DNA of 64,000 nucleotides from Perkinsus olseni (Eukaryota): NCBI GenBank assembly GCA_013115125.1, contig JABANN010000111.1, positions 1 to 64,000 of the forward strand, read 5' to 3'. Shown piece by piece: positions 61,715 to 64,000 of this stretch (position 1 is its first letter; each line of letters starts with the position of its first letter). The notes under the pieces were generated by a model. It saw only the letters and a program-made list of their open reading frames with translations, ran no database searches and was not told where the DNA came from. The position numbers and the translations under genes were made by a program.

Positions 61715-63196
61715 TGTCGTCAATGCCCGTGTGTGTGAGTTTGAAATCCAACGCCTACAGTATGGCCAAACTCAGACCCTTGTTGAACAAGGCTTGTTTC
61801 CGGGCCACGAGTTTATAGAGACAAGTACAAAGACATTAGTTGACATTTTGGGGGTCGATTACAGACAGCGACTACAAAACCCCTACAATAAGCCGTCCGG
61901 AAGTGGGAGCAGTTCACGTGGTTTGGAGGTCGGAGGGGTACATGCTAGGATCCATGTATGTTGCAGGGGAAGGAAGAATGAAGGGAGTAGACTAACACGA
62001 CACTCGCCGGGGACTTCTGAAGAGAAAATAATGAAGGGAAAAATGAGCCGAGCAGAGTCGGGTGACAACTATGACAGCTGGAAGAAAGTAATAGACCCGA
62101 TACCTGTTGCGTGCGTCAGTTGACTCTAACACGAAAGTGAAGGGAGGCGCCAAGAAAGCCTTGAGTATGCGTGCAACCGTGTAGGCAGCATAGCCAACGG
62201 CAAAGCAGTGCAACTGCAGAGACAACACTGAGGATGCCATTCTCAGCCCTCAGCATCATCATACATAAGAGACATCACAGCAGCGATACTCAGTAGCTCA
62301 ATCACTTATGAATGAGCCGATAACGACTGCGTATGACAGGGTGTTAGGGGAGTCGTAGGAGTACTAGCGATAGTAGGACCAGTCCACGATAGGCCGGAGA
62401 GAGCCGAGATATGAAAAGGGGCAACTACGAGAATAGCTAACTCGTAAAGATCGATCAACTCCATAATATGGAGTTCCGGAATCCGGATACAGTCCGATAC
62501 AGCGTGTTACGGTTCCGGAACAGGTTCCGGATTCCGGAACCAACTGCTTTGATACGACCCTCCCCTACACTATACAGAGAACATACCCAGATCTGCGTCG
62601 GTAGCGAGAAAGGAGAACTTGAGCGGATTCGGTTAAGTAGTCTCGTAGACAAATAGGCCAGAGTACTTGCAGATGTGGTCACGGGGCTTTGGAGTGGTTG
62701 CGGGGCAGGGGGTAGGAGGTAAGGTAGTCTTAGAATTACCGCAGACCAGAAGGGCGATAGAGGAGATCGAGGCGATATTATCGCCGCGATAACGCGGAAG
62801 ATCATGGTCAATAACTGGGCAGCAACCTGCGAAAGGAAATCGGCGATGGTAAGGATGCCACGACACGTTGCTTCAGTTAGTGTTCACTCTAAACCCCCAA
62901 GGACTCCACAAGTCCTCACAAGGAGATACTGTGCTGATACGGTGGTCACGGGATGAGCAGCGACAGTGAAGCTAGTCCGTCTGTTGCACAAGTCAGAAAG
63001 AGCAGACGGCCATACGATCCTGAGCTGATACCAAGATTATAGCAGTATAGGCACCTGAGCATTATAGGTGCACTATAACTCAGTACAGTGTGGGTAATTG
63101 AGACGGGCTGAGAGAGTGGTAAAAGCTTGAGACTCGAGGGGAGTTGATCGATTATGAGTATTTATAGCGTAACTTCTAACCTAGCGTAAGTTCTAG

Positions 63197-63218
63197 CCTA
63201 GAAGTTCTAGGCTAGAAC
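63197..63218. repeat. 22-nt double-palindrome scar, 8-mer CCTAGAAC
   Basis: CCTAGAA-GTTCTAGG-CTAGAAC. Confidence 0.85.
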
Positions 63219-64000
63219 GCATGCTCAGAATACCGCTGAATGAGATCAGACGGTTATCTGAGATCCATGGTACGCAGTAGCAATTGACGTACTTGCAGCG
63301 ATGATGATCTAACAGCCGAGAAGCACTGAACCAGGTGACAGCTGTTACATAGCGTATAGTCGTCGGCAAATTGCCACCATAGTGCAAGCGTAATAGGGTG
63401 GGAAGACAGCTGCTCATTCGTCTGTAGCGTGACATGCTGACCGTGTCACCGTTGTGAACGCAAGAACATGGTGTCACTCACCGCCATAACAAAAGAGAAC
63501 TACAACTCTTTCACGGACTTCCCAAGAACGAGAAGCGTGCTCAATTACGTCGGCATAGCAATCATGAATGAAACACGTCGCGCTCCGTACTGAATTGGTC
63601 GGGAAATGAATATAGAAGCAGTTTAAGAGATTAGAAAGGGAGACAGCAGGAAGGCATCGAGGTTACAAGTTAGCGGCCCCAACGTGGGCACTTTTCGGGT
63701 CGAACGTAGGCACAATCCTGGCCAACGCCCTGCGAGGGTCGGATTCTGACCGCTTTACACCGTGCCGGTGTATCCCAATTCATACAGTTCAAAGTCGAGC
63801 AGTGCCGGATTCGGGCAATAGATGAATGCGTTTTACGATTTTGAGGCAGTTTAATCCCGGGCAGTTGAGATTGGGGCAGAAACCGTCGACAAAGCGGTAC
63901 CAATATAGACAGTGGAAACTGGTGTACCCAAATATTCGCTCGCCATACCCCTCGTGCAGTGTCATCCGAGGCACCACTGAGCGACCCATTCGACCAACTC

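Noticed and set aside
62344-62567. Possible MITE with TAGGGGAG/CTCCCCTA ends and TCCGGA-rich subterminal repeats
   Set aside because: The inverted repeat is short and imperfect with no TSD, so it cannot be supported from one copy.
1-64000. CRISPR arrays, rRNA or prokaryotic operons
   Set aside because: No regularly spaced repeat-spacer array or rRNA motifs; the sequence is intron-rich eukaryotic DNA.

Overview
Intron-rich eukaryotic DNA with many short GT-AG introns. Gene content and style suggest a Perkinsus-like alveolate parasite, but this is inference and no diagnostic marker was seen. Conserved genes: NME7/NDK7 (3' part), an MLO-like membrane protein with degenerate EF-hands, a pepsin-like aspartic protease with one frameshift, SLY1/SCFD1, a kinase-like plus U-box gene, RPE, a YTH-domain gene and a GET3/ArsA ATPase. 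Lineage-specific families: four paralogs of a secreted two-domain protein (two intact, one of them a mosaic) and three putative GPI-anchored Thr/Pro-rich peptides. The last ~18 kb is a decayed segmental duplication with an RTE-type LINE, RT relics, duplicated SpoU gene ends and a tRNA-headed SINE with a target-site duplication. Two signals stand out. (1) Sixteen exact copies of a sequence-independent 22-nt scar built as X[1-7] + revcomp(X[1-8]) + X[2-8], one with a clear empty-site paralog in the window. This matches hairpin-type (hAT-like) excision repaired through the 8-bp TSD microhomology. (2) Repeated association of tRNAs with spliceosomal introns: two intact intronic tRNAs and two SLY1 introns made largely of decayed tRNA sequence, with splice sites at tRNA landmarks. 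All exon structures were read by eye and are approximate.
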